64,000 nt of DNA from an uncultured virus (IMG/VR IMGVR_UViG_3300042887_005898) (lineage: Duplodnaviria; Heunggongvirae; Uroviricota; Caudoviricetes), in IMG/VR virus record IMGVR_UViG_3300042887_005898, one strand, 5' to 3'. Position 1 is the first letter of the stretch, and every line of letters begins with the position of its first letter. The notes under the pieces were generated by a model. That model was given only the letters and a program-made list of their open reading frames with translations. It searched no databases and was not told the origin of the DNA. Made by a program: the position numbers and the translations under genes. Of this stretch, positions 31,522 through 42,288 are shown one piece after another.

Positions 31522-31863
31522 ATGAAAAAAATAATTATTTTAATTCTTTGTTTGATCAGTATTGATTCTTTTTCACAATCTAGAAAGCAAAGAAACGCAA
31601 CTTTCGACAAAATGAACTCTGGCATCAGAAGAAACTATGTTAGTGCAGAAAATACTATGAAAGTAAGTGGACTGATTGCAACTGTAAGTGGTCTTGCAAT
31701 AATTGGATTTCATTTCTACGAAGGAAACGAAGCTTGGAAATATGCGACTCAAAGTTCCGGTTTTAAATATAAACCTTATTTCCAACAAGGAACTAGACCA
31801 TTTATGATACCTATTGGGTTAACTTTGTCTATTGGTGGAATAGTAACTATGATTAGAAATTGA
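31522..31863 (+). CDS. Exported/membrane hypothetical protein
   Basis: Likely start MKKIIILILCLISIDSFSQ; two C-terminal hydrophobic segments. Confidence 0.65.
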   Translation: MKKIIILILCLISIDSFSQSRKQRNATFDKMNSGIRRNYVSAENTMKVSGLIATVSGLAIIGFHFYEGNEAWKYATQSSGFKYKPYFQQGTRPFMIPIGLTLSIGGIVTMIRN

Positions 31864-31873
31864 TTTTTCTAAA

Positions 31874-32338
31874 TCATTTTTCGTAAATTACAAAGTCATA
31901 ATTAAATTGATTTTTATCATCTAAATTGTTCTTTTCCGATTTGAGTATTTTCCAATTAGTTCCTATCTCAGGAAACCAAGTATCAGCTTCAATTTCACAA
32001 TCTATTTCTGTAGCATAAATTCTATCTGCTACATCAAGAAACAGCTTATAAATCTCACCTCCACCAATGATGAAAATATCATCTTTAATTTCTTTAATAT
32101 CGGAAATAGAAGTCACTACTTCAACACCATCAATCTCAACTCTCTGACGAGTTAATACAATATTTTTTCTATTTGGTAGGGGTTTACCAATTGACTCAAA
32201 TGTTTTTCTGCCCATAACAACTGTTTTATCAGTAGTTAGTTCTTTGAATCTTTTGAGGTCATTTGATTGTCTCCAACATAGTTTGTTGTCTTTGCCAATT
32301 GCTCTATTTTTATCGTAGGCTACAATTATACTTATCAT
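31874..32338 (-). CDS. folA: Dihydrofolate reductase
   Basis: IVAYDKNRAIG, DLKRFKELT, VMGRKTFESIGKPLPNR, IIGGGEIY. Confidence 0.97.
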   Translation of the reverse strand: MISIIVAYDKNRAIGKDNKLCWRQSNDLKRFKELTTDKTVVMGRKTFESIGKPLPNRKNIVLTRQRVEIDGVEVVTSISDIKEIKDDIFIIGGGEIYKLFLDVADRIYATEIDCEIEADTWFPEIGTNWKILKSEKNNLDDKNQFNYDFVIYEK

Positions 32339-32823
32339 ATTCCTAATTTTTCTAATTTAACATGTCTATTGTGTGATTCATCCATAATTAATTGGGCCTC
32401 TTTTTTTGAGATCCACTTATTTTGCATGAAGTTATATATTGACTTTTGGTTATTTGGATCTCTTGAAAATGAGTCATTAGAAACAAAACTAATAGCTTTA
32501 ACTTTTATTTCAGTTTCTGAGATATCAACAACTTCTACTTCATAGTCAACAGTGAAATTTGTTTTTTTTCCAGTAGACGAATCGGTGTGTGTTAACGAAT
32601 AATCGTTAAGTAATGCTTTTGAACCTACATAAAACTTCAAAAATGATTCTTCTTTTTCTTTTTGATTATTTAGATTTTTATTTAGATCGTTTAATTTTTT
32701 TCTTAAATTTCTAATTTTAAGAAATAAAATACCAATAACACCAATTAAAATAGTTGGTGTTATTGATAAAGTCATAATTAATGTTTGATTATCCATTTTC
32801 TTTTTCTTTTTGCCTTTCAGCAT
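32335..32823 (-). CDS. Membrane-anchored hypothetical protein with C-terminal tag
   Basis: TM helix; ends NRHVKLEKLGI; true start probably MDNQ. Confidence 0.65.
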   Translation of the reverse strand: MLKGKKKKKMDNQTLIMTLSITPTILIGVIGILFLKIRNLRKKLNDLNKNLNNQKEKEESFLKFYVGSKALLNDYSLTHTDSSTGKKTNFTVDYEVEVVDISETEIKVKAISFVSNDSFSRDPNNQKSIYNFMQNKWISKKEAQLIMDESHNRHVKLEKLGI

Positions 32824-32983
32824 TCTTGGAATCTATATAGTTATCAAAAGCATCTCCATAGAATACTATGAAAGCACAGTAGATAATTAGTGATAGAGGT
32901 GACCAATAAAAATAAAACAAACAAATAGTTGCGATTACTAATAATGCAACATAGACGGGTAGAGAGTAAATGTATTTTTTCAT
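32789..32983 (-). CDS. Small membrane protein
   Basis: Two hydrophobic segments; host-type promoter upstream. Confidence 0.6.
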   Translation of the reverse strand: MKKYIYSLPVYVALLVIATICLFYFYWSPLSLIIYCAFIVFYGDAFDNYIDSKNAERQKEKENG

Positions 32984-33056
32984 ATTACAAATATAATGAG
33001 GAATACAAAAGTTGTCAAATATAGTTATTCAAAGTTATTAACAGGTTATCCACAAT

Positions 33057-33572
33057 TTAAATATCAAGTTTGGCTAAAGATTCTTTTCTTGAAATAAAAA
33101 CTTCGAATCTTTTCATGAATTCTTGATCAGAAATAAAGAAGTAGTAAAATCCATCTAGTTCAATACGATACTTTGTATTTGGATAAAAGGTGTCTTTTAA
33201 TTCATAGTTTTTTGTTATACTATTCCAGATATATTTATTATGTTGGATAATTTTTATTACTACGGATTTTTTATTATGTTTTAGGATTTCAATTTTATCT
33301 CCAATCCTAAAAATTGGTAATTGAATTTCTGGAGGTAGTTCATTCTTAGAATTTCTTTCTTTTGAAATTTGAACACCATTAAAATTTGCTAATTTTTGAA
33401 ATTCGATAACTGAACCAACTGGAAAATATTCCAGTAATAAACTTTTATATTTTTCTTCTAAAGTAATCTTCAGATTATCGATTTCACTATTAATTTTTTT
33501 CTGTTGAGAAAATATTTCTTTCAACAAGGATTTTTTTTCTAATAGTTCTGATCTTATTTCTTTTACTGTCAT
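33057..33572 (-). CDS. Hypothetical protein with C-terminal tag
   Basis: Ends SRKESLAKLDI. Confidence 0.65.
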   Translation of the reverse strand: MTVKEIRSELLEKKSLLKEIFSQQKKINSEIDNLKITLEEKYKSLLLEYFPVGSVIEFQKLANFNGVQISKERNSKNELPPEIQLPIFRIGDKIEILKHNKKSVVIKIIQHNKYIWNSITKNYELKDTFYPNTKYRIELDGFYYFFISDQEFMKRFEVFISRKESLAKLDI

Positions 33573-33609
33573 AATACAAATATAATAAAAAAAAGTATTA
33601 TGTCAATTA

Positions 33610-34485
33610 CTATTTTGTTTTTATTGAAATTCTAACATCATCATCTCTTCTTTGAATATCGAAGATAAAATTATCTGACATTTTTTTTGTCACCTTAATA
33701 AGCACATTATAGAATTGTTCTTCATCAAAATTTATTTCATCAGCAACATAATAATCCACAAGTGAATTTTGAATAAATTCACAAAATTCATCTAAATGAA
33801 TATAGAATGTATTGTCCATCAATAAAAAAAATTCACTAAAAGATTTTTCGAATTCTGGTTCTCTTCTTCTTCTTATATTTAGATATCCACTCGGTGAAGA
33901 AGATGATGTCAAGTCATCACGGAAAAGATAATCATAAACAAATACTGGGAACTGTTTTATTACATCAATCATAAAATTATCTATTGTTCCAAGATTTTGT
34001 TCAATACATAGTTTTCCATATTTTGTAGTATGCCAACCGTACCCAAATTTAATCAATATTTCATTATTTTCGATATCATAATCTATTTTATCTTCGAAGA
34101 ATCCCCAGTCAAATCCTTGTAATGGAAAAAATTCATTAGTTATCTTATACAAGTAGTAGTCAATCGGAGCACAAGAACTTGGATTTATGTTTAATATGTT
34201 AGTATTAAATTTTTCTTCTCCATATTCCTTTGATAAGGATTCAACTACATCCAATGAAAATCCACATTTTGTCATATATTCATTGACTAAATCAAAATCT
34301 TCTTCTGGATCTAGTGAATCAATTTGAGCAGATGAACTATAAGAATGTGAGAATTGTCCTTTTTCTCTTTTAAAATAATCTTGACAATTTTCTAAACATT
34401 CGATGAATTGATTGAAAGCCTCATCCGGTGTTAGTTCTCTTGTAATTTTTATTTCTTCTAAGAATTTTTTGTAGTCTTTAATCAT
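33610..34485 (-). CDS. Putative internal head protein
   Basis: MIKDYKKFLEE N-terminus; acidic. Confidence 0.65.
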   Translation of the reverse strand: MIKDYKKFLEEIKITRELTPDEAFNQFIECLENCQDYFKREKGQFSHSYSSSAQIDSLDPEEDFDLVNEYMTKCGFSLDVVESLSKEYGEEKFNTNILNINPSSCAPIDYYLYKITNEFFPLQGFDWGFFEDKIDYDIENNEILIKFGYGWHTTKYGKLCIEQNLGTIDNFMIDVIKQFPVFVYDYLFRDDLTSSSSPSGYLNIRRRREPEFEKSFSEFFLLMDNTFYIHLDEFCEFIQNSLVDYYVADEINFDEEQFYNVLIKVTKKMSDNFIFDIQRRDDDVRISIKTK

Positions 34486-34501
34486 ATATTCTATATATAA
34501 A

Positions 34502-35464
34502 TTAAAATTTTCTACTTTGTAAATAAGCTATAATATCAAATGAACTGTCATCTATATTCAGTTGGTCCTTACTTATTTTGATTTCTTCAATATCAGCCAA
34601 ATCAAGTTTTTTTTCAAATAATATTTCTGAAGCGTCTTTGCCTGATTTACATTTATAAGTGTAATTTTTAATTCCAACAATGTTGAAAAACTTATTAAGT
34701 ATTGCACCAGTTTTAAGTCCAACTTGATCATTATCACATAAAATTTTTATACACTTTGGCTTCTTTTCTAATAATTTATATAATTGAATACCTGACCACA
34801 TAGCACTTGAAACAGATACGCAATTTACAAACTGTGATAATGCCATGTAATCAAATAATCCTTCACAAATCCAAACCTCTTGGTTTTCTTGTAAACTATC
34901 TAATCCCCAAACATCAATGTCTGGACAAGTAAGTGTATATTTTAGTTTACCAACATTTGAGATTTTTCTTACTGCACAGTTTACTAATTTATCTTCTCGA
35001 AAAAGTGGTATTAAAATACCACCTTCTTCTAAACCATCTTTTAAAATTCTATTTAACACTGGATGACAAGTAGCATTTAACACATTAAGATCTTCAATTT
35101 CTTGAAAATAAGAAAGTGATCCTAGCCTATATTTTGTGATAACTGATTCTGATAATCCTCTGTTTGATAAGAACTCAAATTCTGATTTAATAAAGTTATT
35201 TTGTGATTGATAAAACTTAGATGTCAAACTTTCAACATCCATTGGATTAACGATTATATCTTCTACATCGAGGTTTAAATCAGATGATTTTATTTCAATA
35301 AACTTTTGTTTAGAATTAAAAAAAGATTTAGACCATTCTAATTTATGTTCTATTAGGTTTAATTTATTTATATCTAAACCTTTTGGTATAAAATTCGAAA
35401 CCACACCTTCAACAGAACGATTATTATAAGCTATAAAAGCTAGCTGTTTATCTGAGTACTTCAT
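34502..35464 (-). CDS. DNA primase-like TOPRIM protein
   Basis: FLSNRGLS, ILIP, WICEGLFDYM, LCDNDQVG, KDASE. Confidence 0.85.
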   Translation of the reverse strand: MKYSDKQLAFIAYNNRSVEGVVSNFIPKGLDINKLNLIEHKLEWSKSFFNSKQKFIEIKSSDLNLDVEDIIVNPMDVESLTSKFYQSQNNFIKSEFEFLSNRGLSESVITKYRLGSLSYFQEIEDLNVLNATCHPVLNRILKDGLEEGGILIPLFREDKLVNCAVRKISNVGKLKYTLTCPDIDVWGLDSLQENQEVWICEGLFDYMALSQFVNCVSVSSAMWSGIQLYKLLEKKPKCIKILCDNDQVGLKTGAILNKFFNIVGIKNYTYKCKSGKDASEILFEKKLDLADIEEIKISKDQLNIDDSSFDIIAYLQSRKF

Positions 35465-35551
35465 TAAGAATTATATTATTAACTTAATTATAGTTCAACT
35501 AAATTCAATCGATATAGATATTTTGAATAATATTTTTAATATATAATAATT

Positions 35552-36118
35552 ATGAAACATATTAAACACATAAATGAGTTGTTAAAATCAACTTACAAGA
35601 GTGCTTCTGATAAGTTAAAAAAACAACATCCAACAAGAGCAGAGAAACTCATTAAACATGCTGATGAAAAGGGAAGTTCAGAATTTTCTAGATTTGATTT
35701 AGATAGAGATTTTCCACATCCTTTTGAGTTTAATAATTCTGATTTGTTAGATGTTAAAGAGCATTTATTAGGAAAATTTTACATTGTAAGTGCTAAAGAA
35801 AAGACTAATATGAGATCCGGGTACTGGGGTGTAGATGTAAGAATGTTAAATGATTGGGGTCAGTCTGTATCAATAATATTCACCTGGGGTCCAGAAGAAT
35901 GGTTCAAGCTAAAAATTACATTTGGTCCTTACTCTGATGGTAAATCTGGACCTTTCTCTGATGGTAAATTATCATATGAAAGAGTTTTTCTATTTAATAA
36001 TAGAAAAGATGCTCTTGCGTTTAAAAAATATCTTTCTGAGAAGTACGAAGAAGATGAGTTATTATTTAATATAGACCCATCATCTTTCAGTACAAATAAA
36101 TTTTACTCATCCAATTGA
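35552..36118 (+). CDS. Putative internal head protein
   Basis: MKHIKHINELLKSTYKSA N-terminus; TAATATATAA upstream. Confidence 0.65.
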   Translation: MKHIKHINELLKSTYKSASDKLKKQHPTRAEKLIKHADEKGSSEFSRFDLDRDFPHPFEFNNSDLLDVKEHLLGKFYIVSAKEKTNMRSGYWGVDVRMLNDWGQSVSIIFTWGPEEWFKLKITFGPYSDGKSGPFSDGKLSYERVFLFNNRKDALAFKKYLSEKYEEDELLFNIDPSSFSTNKFYSSN

Positions 36119-36137
36119 AAATAAAAAAAAATATAAT

Positions 36138-36500
36138 ATGAAAATTAAAAATTTCTCACTATTTGAAAGTGAAGCAACCACTAAATCTAAGTCATTTACG
36201 GCTGACCAATTTGACAATTTCTGTGAAGAAGTTTCTAAGTGGTCAAAAGAAAACGATCAAAAGGTTATTTGGTGTATATATGGTGATCCTAAACCATCCA
36301 CTGTTGGATACAACTCAGTTTGGAAAAAAGAAAGCGCTAAACAATTCTGGAGTAAGTTTGTAACTGGTAATAAACAATTCACATTAGTTGAAATGCCTGA
36401 TTCTTTAGTTGGTGTTTTACACACTGATGATAATATCGAAATGGCTTATGATAATTTAGATAGACCAGTTGACAAATCTAAATTGAAAGACTTAATTTAA
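36138..36500 (+). CDS. Putative internal head protein
   Basis: MKIKNFSLFESE N-terminus. Confidence 0.65.
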   Translation: MKIKNFSLFESEATTKSKSFTADQFDNFCEEVSKWSKENDQKVIWCIYGDPKPSTVGYNSVWKKESAKQFWSKFVTGNKQFTLVEMPDSLVGVLHTDDNIEMAYDNLDRPVDKSKLKDLI

Positions 36501-36537
36501 TTAAACTGAAAATCCACTTTAGAGTGGATTTTTTATT

Positions 36538-36987
36538 TTATCTGAATAGTTTTTTTAAGATATTGTTATCTGTTTCATCCAACAATTTAGATATTTTTGA
36601 ATCTCTTGCTGTTTGTGTGGTAACAATTTGATCAAGAATAGAATCTAAAATAGGCTCATCTCCGAATTGTTGAACTATTATTGGTTTAATATATTTTTCA
36701 TATATCAAAGTGTCTAACTCTTTAGTCAAAGAATTGCTTGGTACTTGTTTTCTACCATCAACTAGATTTTTATTTTTAATCCACAAACAATTATTATATC
36801 CTATCTCTGTCAAACTTTCATTCAAAGAAATTTCAACTTCAAAAGAAGTTTGATTATCTAGAGAAAAACAATGATAGTGATGTGTTCTGGTACTATTGAA
36901 ACAAGTGTCTCTCAATTTCCACTCAATCGCATTTGACTTGGTTGAATTTATGAGTTCAGTTAGAATTTTTTCTATTTTTTCTTTCAT
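36538..36987 (-). CDS. Hypothetical protein with C-terminal tag
   Basis: ARDSKISKLLDE near the end. Confidence 0.65.
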   Translation of the reverse strand: MKEKIEKILTELINSTKSNAIEWKLRDTCFNSTRTHHYHCFSLDNQTSFEVEISLNESLTEIGYNNCLWIKNKNLVDGRKQVPSNSLTKELDTLIYEKYIKPIIVQQFGDEPILDSILDQIVTTQTARDSKISKLLDETDNNILKKLFR

Positions 36988-37442
36988 TACAAAAAATTAT
37001 TTAATTTTAGCTCTCTGTTTATTAGAGTCAGATATGTGCTTAAATCTTGTCTTTTTATATGAAAATCAACACTTTGTTGATTAAATAAATGTTGATTGTG
37101 ATTACTAAATTGTAATACTAAATGTTTATGATTAGTTCGACAAAATTCAAATAGATTATTTATTGACTCTATGTCTGTTTTTTCATCAATAATATCTGAA
37201 TGAAAAAAAATTAAGCAATCTTGTAAGACTTTAGAAAAGTCTAAAGATGATAGGTTTTTAATTTTTCTTTTATTTTGAAAAGAATTTTTAATGTCTTTAG
37301 TTAGATTCTTTTGATAAATCAAAATAGTAGATACTGAGTTATTAGAGAAAACTTCATTTATCTCTAATAACTCTGTATTAAAAGAAGTATTTAAGTTGTT
37401 AAAGCTTCTAATAGCTTTATCATACTCAATTAGAATTATCAT
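36987..37442 (-). CDS. Hypothetical protein with C-terminal tag
   Basis: Ends NRELKLNNFL. Confidence 0.6.
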   Translation of the reverse strand: MIILIEYDKAIRSFNNLNTSFNTELLEINEVFSNNSVSTILIYQKNLTKDIKNSFQNKRKIKNLSSLDFSKVLQDCLIFFHSDIIDEKTDIESINNLFEFCRTNHKHLVLQFSNHNQHLFNQQSVDFHIKRQDLSTYLTLINRELKLNNFL

Positions 37443-37643
37443 TTATAAGCAAATAGAACAATCAAGTATTTCTATTGTTTTGTTTGGCATTGAGAATTCG
37501 ATACAATGTTTAACAAAATCTGCCTTTTGACTTGAATCACAAACACAAATTAACTCTTTAGTTTCTTTGTCTCTTAACTGAAATTTTTTCATAATGGTTT
37601 TATTTAATACAAATATAATGATAATTTTTAATATTCAAAAAAA

Positions 37644-37868
37644 TCAGACTAATTTTTCTAATTTAGAATCTCTCCAATTCTCAACTGTTTTGAAATATCC
37701 AAAGTAATACTCTTGTCTGATTCCTCTGTCGTTTACGATTGTGTAGTAGAAACCAGTTGATGAACCATAGAATTCTTTTTCATCATACCAAGCGTCATAG
37801 ATCTTATCGATTGTAAGTTCATCTTTATGATGGTCTCTTTTATTTACACAAACTATTTTACAATTCAT
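37644..37868 (-). CDS. Small SH3-like hypothetical protein with C-terminal tag
   Basis: Likely start MNCKIVC; LTIDKIYD...NDRG; ends WRDSKLEKLV. Confidence 0.65.
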   Translation of the reverse strand: MNCKIVCVNKRDHHKDELTIDKIYDAWYDEKEFYGSSTGFYYTIVNDRGIRQEYYFGYFKTVENWRDSKLEKLV

Positions 37869-37907
37869 TTTACAAAGATATGAAATATTTACCAATATAT
37901 AAAAAAT

Positions 37908-38579
37908 ATGGAAGTTAAAGATAAAATTGAATTGATCAAGTGGTTTTTAGGTTCTTTTGTTTTAGTATTGATTACTACAATAATCTCATATAAAATACAA
38001 GATAGACAACAAGGAATTAGTGAGATTAATCAATATGATACTTATGTAACAGAACTAATTGTTTTAAATAAAGATTTGGGTAAAAGAAGATTATTGGCTC
38101 AATATTTCGCACATGTTACACCAAGTGAAAAACTTAGAAAGCCTTGGATGAACTATTATCTACTATTAGATAAAGAATATAAAGATCTTCAAAAACAAGA
38201 TTCCTTAATACTCAGTCAAATCAAAAATTGTAAGAATGATTCAGTAAGTTCAGAACTATTAGAAAAACATGAAGAAATTAAATTAAAATTAAATGACAAT
38301 TTAGAGAGTCCAAACTTTGAATATAAATACGAAGAAGCTCAAAAATTAGAGAGATCAGCATTTGAATCTATTTTCAATAATGAAATAGATAAAGCAATTC
38401 AATTGTTTGAACAGTGTGAAAAAATCTATCCTGGTTATCACTCTTCTTATGAAATAGTTAATTATCTTAAATCAAATAAAGATAAAGATAAGAAGACAAT
38501 TTGTAAATCACTTTTAAATTTTACTTGGAAAGTACCTCAGGATATAGTTGAAAAGTTACGATTAATATCAGAGAAGTAA
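37908..38579 (+). CDS. Membrane-anchored coiled-coil/TPR-like protein
   Basis: N-terminal TM; AIQLFEQCEKIYPGY. Confidence 0.65.
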   Translation: MEVKDKIELIKWFLGSFVLVLITTIISYKIQDRQQGISEINQYDTYVTELIVLNKDLGKRRLLAQYFAHVTPSEKLRKPWMNYYLLLDKEYKDLQKQDSLILSQIKNCKNDSVSSELLEKHEEIKLKLNDNLESPNFEYKYEEAQKLERSAFESIFNNEIDKAIQLFEQCEKIYPGYHSSYEIVNYLKSNKDKDKKTICKSLLNFTWKVPQDIVEKLRLISEK

Positions 38580-38924
38580 TTATATTCCGATTTCAACTAA
38601 TTTACAATTTCTTAAAAAAGGAGTTATTATTTTATATGTTAATTCAATCATTGAGTTTTCTGACGTATATACTTGGTCACCTACTTCAACGTGAATATTG
38701 TAATATGTTACATCAATTTCTTTATTATCAGACCACATATTAACTAAACTCAAATGCTTTTCAATTCTGATTTGAGTAGTAATTTCACTTTGTTTATAAT
38801 ACAGTAAGTAATAATTATCTTTGGAGATAATCATCAAATCATCGATAAGTAGTTTACTACTAAAATTAAGACCCTCATAGATAAGTCTAATATCATTCCA
38901 AAGTTGTTCTATTGACATCACCAT
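38580..38924 (-). CDS. Hypothetical protein with C-terminal tag
   Basis: Ends LRNCKLVEIGI. Confidence 0.6.
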   Translation of the reverse strand: MVMSIEQLWNDIRLIYEGLNFSSKLLIDDLMIISKDNYYLLYYKQSEITTQIRIEKHLSLVNMWSDNKEIDVTYYNIHVEVGDQVYTSENSMIELTYKIITPFLRNCKLVEIGI

Positions 38925-39292
38925 TTTCCTTCTTTTAATAATTGTTCTCTCGGTTCTAATTCTTCACCATATTTAACCCAATAGTTCCAATTTATTTTTA
39001 GTTTATTAGAATTATAATTTAAAGCAGAACCACCATTTCTTGTTACATGAGACATTATAGATTCTGACCATATAGAGAAGTGATTATATTCATTTTCACC
39101 ACAACCACATCCTGTTGATCGACCGTTGTTAAATTCCCATACCAAAGGTTTAAGCCCACAATTTGGACAATCAATCCATTCTTCAGGACTATCAGGAATT
39201 TTATAAGCTGATATACATTTATACTTACCAGCAATTATATCTAATTTAATATCTCTCAATTTTTGATCCATCCTTTTATTTGTAAAATACAA
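38918..39292 (-). CDS. Zn-finger hypothetical protein with N-terminal tag
   Basis: LRDIKLDII; CPNC...CGC; start probably MDQKLRD. Confidence 0.65.
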   Translation of the reverse strand: MYFTNKRMDQKLRDIKLDIIAGKYKCISAYKIPDSPEEWIDCPNCGLKPLVWEFNNGRSTGCGCGENEYNHFSIWSESIMSHVTRNGGSALNYNSNKLKINWNYWVKYGEELEPREQLLKEGKW

Positions 39293-39323
39293 ATATATTA
39301 AAAAACATTTAATATATAATAAG

Positions 39324-39782
39324 TTGAAACATTTATTAACATATAATTTATTTGAGGCTCATCAACCTGAAGCACTAAACAGAGATGTGAAGAATACTTC
39401 ACTATTTACAGAAGATGAAATTATGGACATTGAAAATATGTTCTTAGAATATGCTGATAAATATGGCATGCAAGAAGTTGCTTATGAACATGATAATGTC
39501 GAGAATGTTGATTATCCAATCTATGATATAAATGGTGCTGATTTTCAATATCATATTGGTAGATACAGAAATGCAGCAATTGATATTTGCTATACCGAGA
39601 ATGTTATTAATAAGGCTGGTGAAATTAAAAAAGATTTAGAAGAAAACTTTCTACCAAGATTAAAAAATTTTGGATATGATATTATTTATTTCGGTGAAGA
39701 CTGGGGTGATTGGAAAGACAATTCTGATGATAATATCGGTAATAAATGGGAAATAACTATAGTAATAACAAAAAACCATTAG
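39324..39782 (+). CDS. Putative internal head protein
   Basis: MKHLLTYNLFEA (TTG start); TAATATATAA upstream; similar to the C-half of 55096..55695. Confidence 0.65.
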   Translation: MKHLLTYNLFEAHQPEALNRDVKNTSLFTEDEIMDIENMFLEYADKYGMQEVAYEHDNVENVDYPIYDINGADFQYHIGRYRNAAIDICYTENVINKAGEIKKDLEENFLPRLKNFGYDIIYFGEDWGDWKDNSDDNIGNKWEITIVITKNH

Positions 39783-39784
39783 TA

Positions 39785-40912
39785 ATGAGAATTAGAAAAG
39801 TTTTTGAAAGTATGACCGATCCTGATGATATGTTTGAGATATTCAAAGATATTGTCGATGATGTTTTGTTAACAGAATTCGACAAAGAATTAGACTATGA
39901 GTTCAAGAAAGGTCAGATTGAAATTATGTATGATGGTGAGATATATTTGAATCCTGGTGATGATGACATCTATGAGATTTGTCAAGAAGATAATTGGGGA
40001 TTTCAATTTACAATGCCAGATAGAAGAGAGGATAAAAAAAGAATACTTCAAAGGATTGTAGATATTTTCGAAAAACAAACTAATACAAAACTTGGCTTCT
40101 GTGAGTTAGGAATCTCTGGTAAAGATTATGTTGGTTATAGAAATCCAATAGTTAAAATTCTTTTTTCAAAACCAGAGTGGATTAATTGGTCAGTGAATCT
40201 AAAAGATTTTGAAGAATTTGCACTAGATGAAATTGATTCATTTATTTCTACTAAATATAATGACATAAAAATTTCAAAAGAACTTTATGGTCTTTCTCTT
40301 ATACTGGAAGTCTCAACTGGTATGGCACTAATACTAACACTTAAAAGAAAAACTGAATATCCACTTAATCCACCAACCTTGTTAAATAAACTTGAAATCA
40401 AAGATGGTGAAATGAGTTACGATGTTTCCTATCGACCATCTTATGAGTTCAAAAAAAATAAACTGATTAGGGCATCAGAGGAATTAAATTCAAATCATAA
40501 TTCATTCAAAATTAATCTAAATGAGGATCAGTTTGAAAATGCTGAACAACTTGCTAATTTTTTAGAAGAGGTTGTGTTTCCTAAGATTCAAAGTACTACA
40601 TCAGAATTAATAAATCAAATTGAGGAACAAATAAAAAAATTAGAAAAAGAAGATAATATTATTATAGATAGTCAAATTATAACTAAGTATAAAAAAAATG
40701 AAGCTGAATTTATTGTTTGGCTTTGTGAAACAGAGTACAAAAAACAACAATTCATTTTCAAAATCACATTAGATGTTTCAAAGAGTGAAGTTATTATACA
40801 CTCAAATAGTGATAAAAATAACGATGGTTCTGCTTTATTAACTTGTCCGGTGAATGAGCTTTCTGAGAGTATATTTTTGTGTTTAGTAGATAATAAACTT
40901 CAATCTAAATAG
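39785..40912 (+). CDS. Putative internal head protein
   Basis: Likely start MRIRKVFES. Confidence 0.65.
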   Translation: MRIRKVFESMTDPDDMFEIFKDIVDDVLLTEFDKELDYEFKKGQIEIMYDGEIYLNPGDDDIYEICQEDNWGFQFTMPDRREDKKRILQRIVDIFEKQTNTKLGFCELGISGKDYVGYRNPIVKILFSKPEWINWSVNLKDFEEFALDEIDSFISTKYNDIKISKELYGLSLILEVSTGMALILTLKRKTEYPLNPPTLLNKLEIKDGEMSYDVSYRPSYEFKKNKLIRASEELNSNHNSFKINLNEDQFENAEQLANFLEEVVFPKIQSTTSELINQIEEQIKKLEKEDNIIIDSQIITKYKKNEAEFIVWLCETEYKKQQFIFKITLDVSKSEVIIHSNSDKNNDGSALLTCPVNELSESIFLCLVDNKLQSK

Positions 40913-40960
40913 TCTATTTTTTTTAAGATTTAAATTTATATATAATCTAAAAAATAGAGT

Positions 40961-41092
40961 ATGGCAAAGGCAAAAACAACTGGGAATTCTGTTAAAATCA
41001 CTTTCGGCAAAAAAAGTGGTAAAGGAAAATACAAAAAGAAATATGGACCAAAAGAACAAAAGCCAAAAGCTTATAAAGGTCAAGGTAGATAA
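40961..41092 (+). CDS. Small Lys-rich protein ending KAYKGQGR, not in ORF track
   Basis: 43-aa ORF with ATATATAA motif upstream and a terminator at ~41096-41120. Confidence 0.75.
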   Translation: MAKAKTTGNSVKITFGKKSGKGKYKKKYGPKEQKPKAYKGQGR

Positions 41093-41120
41093 AAATAAAC
41101 CCATCAAATGATGGGTTTAT

Positions 41121-41393
41121 TTATTTTACAATAAAGTTACAAACAATTATCGAGAGACCAATAACTAATGACCACTGGCCGAATTTATTTAATTTATACA
41201 ACATATTAGATTGATCAATTGTGAAGTTATATGATTGCCCAACAATCTTTGAATAGATCCAAGTAAGAGGCACAATCAATATTGATAATACAGCTAATCC
41301 AATAAGTACTTTGAATGCAAAAACTAATAAAACTAACAGAAATAAAACTAAATAAGAGATTGCTTTGTTCATATTTTTTAATTTATACTTCAA
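41121..41393 (-). CDS. Small membrane protein
   Basis: Hydrophobic segments. Confidence 0.6.
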   Translation of the reverse strand: MKYKLKNMNKAISYLVLFLLVLLVFAFKVLIGLAVLSILIVPLTWIYSKIVGQSYNFTIDQSNMLYKLNKFGQWSLVIGLSIIVCNFIVK

Positions 41394-41426
41394 ATATAAG
41401 GTGAAAATATTGAATAAACAAATATT

Positions 41427-41774
41427 TTATACGATTTCACAGTATGCAGTATAAGTGTTGTGGCTCATAGCATCTCGACCCGGAACATCATTATAGTGTG
41501 GGTAAATTAAAAAGGTATCTTCTTTTTTATTGAAGTCCATCGGCAAGTTAAATTCAGCACCACCTAAAAATTTATTAGAATCAGAGTCTAAAACTAAAAA
41601 ACGATGATATTGTTTCGTTCTGTCTAATCCCCAACCAAACTCTATTAGTTTGGCTTTTACATTATGTACACCATCTTGATCTTCGAATCTTAAATCAATA
41701 ACTTGATTGACTTGTAAATCTAACTGTTTACTTTCTAACATATTGAAACTCTTAAAATTTAATAGGCTTTTCAT
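41427..41774 (-). CDS. Putative internal head protein
   Basis: MKSLLNFKSFNMLES N-terminus. Confidence 0.6.
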   Translation of the reverse strand: MKSLLNFKSFNMLESKQLDLQVNQVIDLRFEDQDGVHNVKAKLIEFGWGLDRTKQYHRFLVLDSDSNKFLGGAEFNLPMDFNKKEDTFLIYPHYNDVPGRDAMSHNTYTAYCEIV

Positions 41775-41808
41775 AAAATTATATATTATGAAACAAATAT
41801 AGTAAAAT

Positions 41809-42282
41809 TTATTGAGGTTTAGAAGGAAAAATAACTTTATATGGATCTGTGTAGTTGAGAGTTACATCTCTTAGCATCTTTCTATAGTTTTTCCAATTAG
41901 TCGGAACTTCTGTTCCATTCTCTAAAGATTTAACAACTATCCAATCAGACTCAGATAAGAGTATATTTCTCTGGGTAATAATTTCTTGCCACTTCTTTTG
42001 TAATTCTAATTCTAAGAATCTTTTTTCTTCAGCTTTAGATGAGAATTTATTTTCTTTTTTCCACTTCGTAAACCAAATTCCATTTTTATTCTCAACACCA
42101 TCAAATACTATTATTTCTTTATTTGTTATTGTTGGTTGTTGACCATCATATAAAAAAACGATGTTGTTTGGCAAACACTTTTCAGTGATAATTGATGGAA
42201 AGGCTTTGTTCATATAAGCTTTTCTGAATTGTTCTTCATTTTCAAAAATTTGAAGTGTTTCTGTATTTAAAAATTTTGACAT
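41809..42282 (-). CDS. Tail fibre assembly chaperone
   Basis: RNILLSESDW...W.NYRKMLRDV...FPSKP C-terminal domain. Confidence 0.85.
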   Translation of the reverse strand: MSKFLNTETLQIFENEEQFRKAYMNKAFPSIITEKCLPNNIVFLYDGQQPTITNKEIIVFDGVENKNGIWFTKWKKENKFSSKAEEKRFLELELQKKWQEIITQRNILLSESDWIVVKSLENGTEVPTNWKNYRKMLRDVTLNYTDPYKVIFPSKPQ

Positions 42283-42288
42283 ATTCTA

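Noticed and set aside
40883..41107. Hydrophobic minus-strand ORF (likewise 2891..3082 on +)
   Set aside because: Antisense to small Lys-rich genes with better promoter and terminator context
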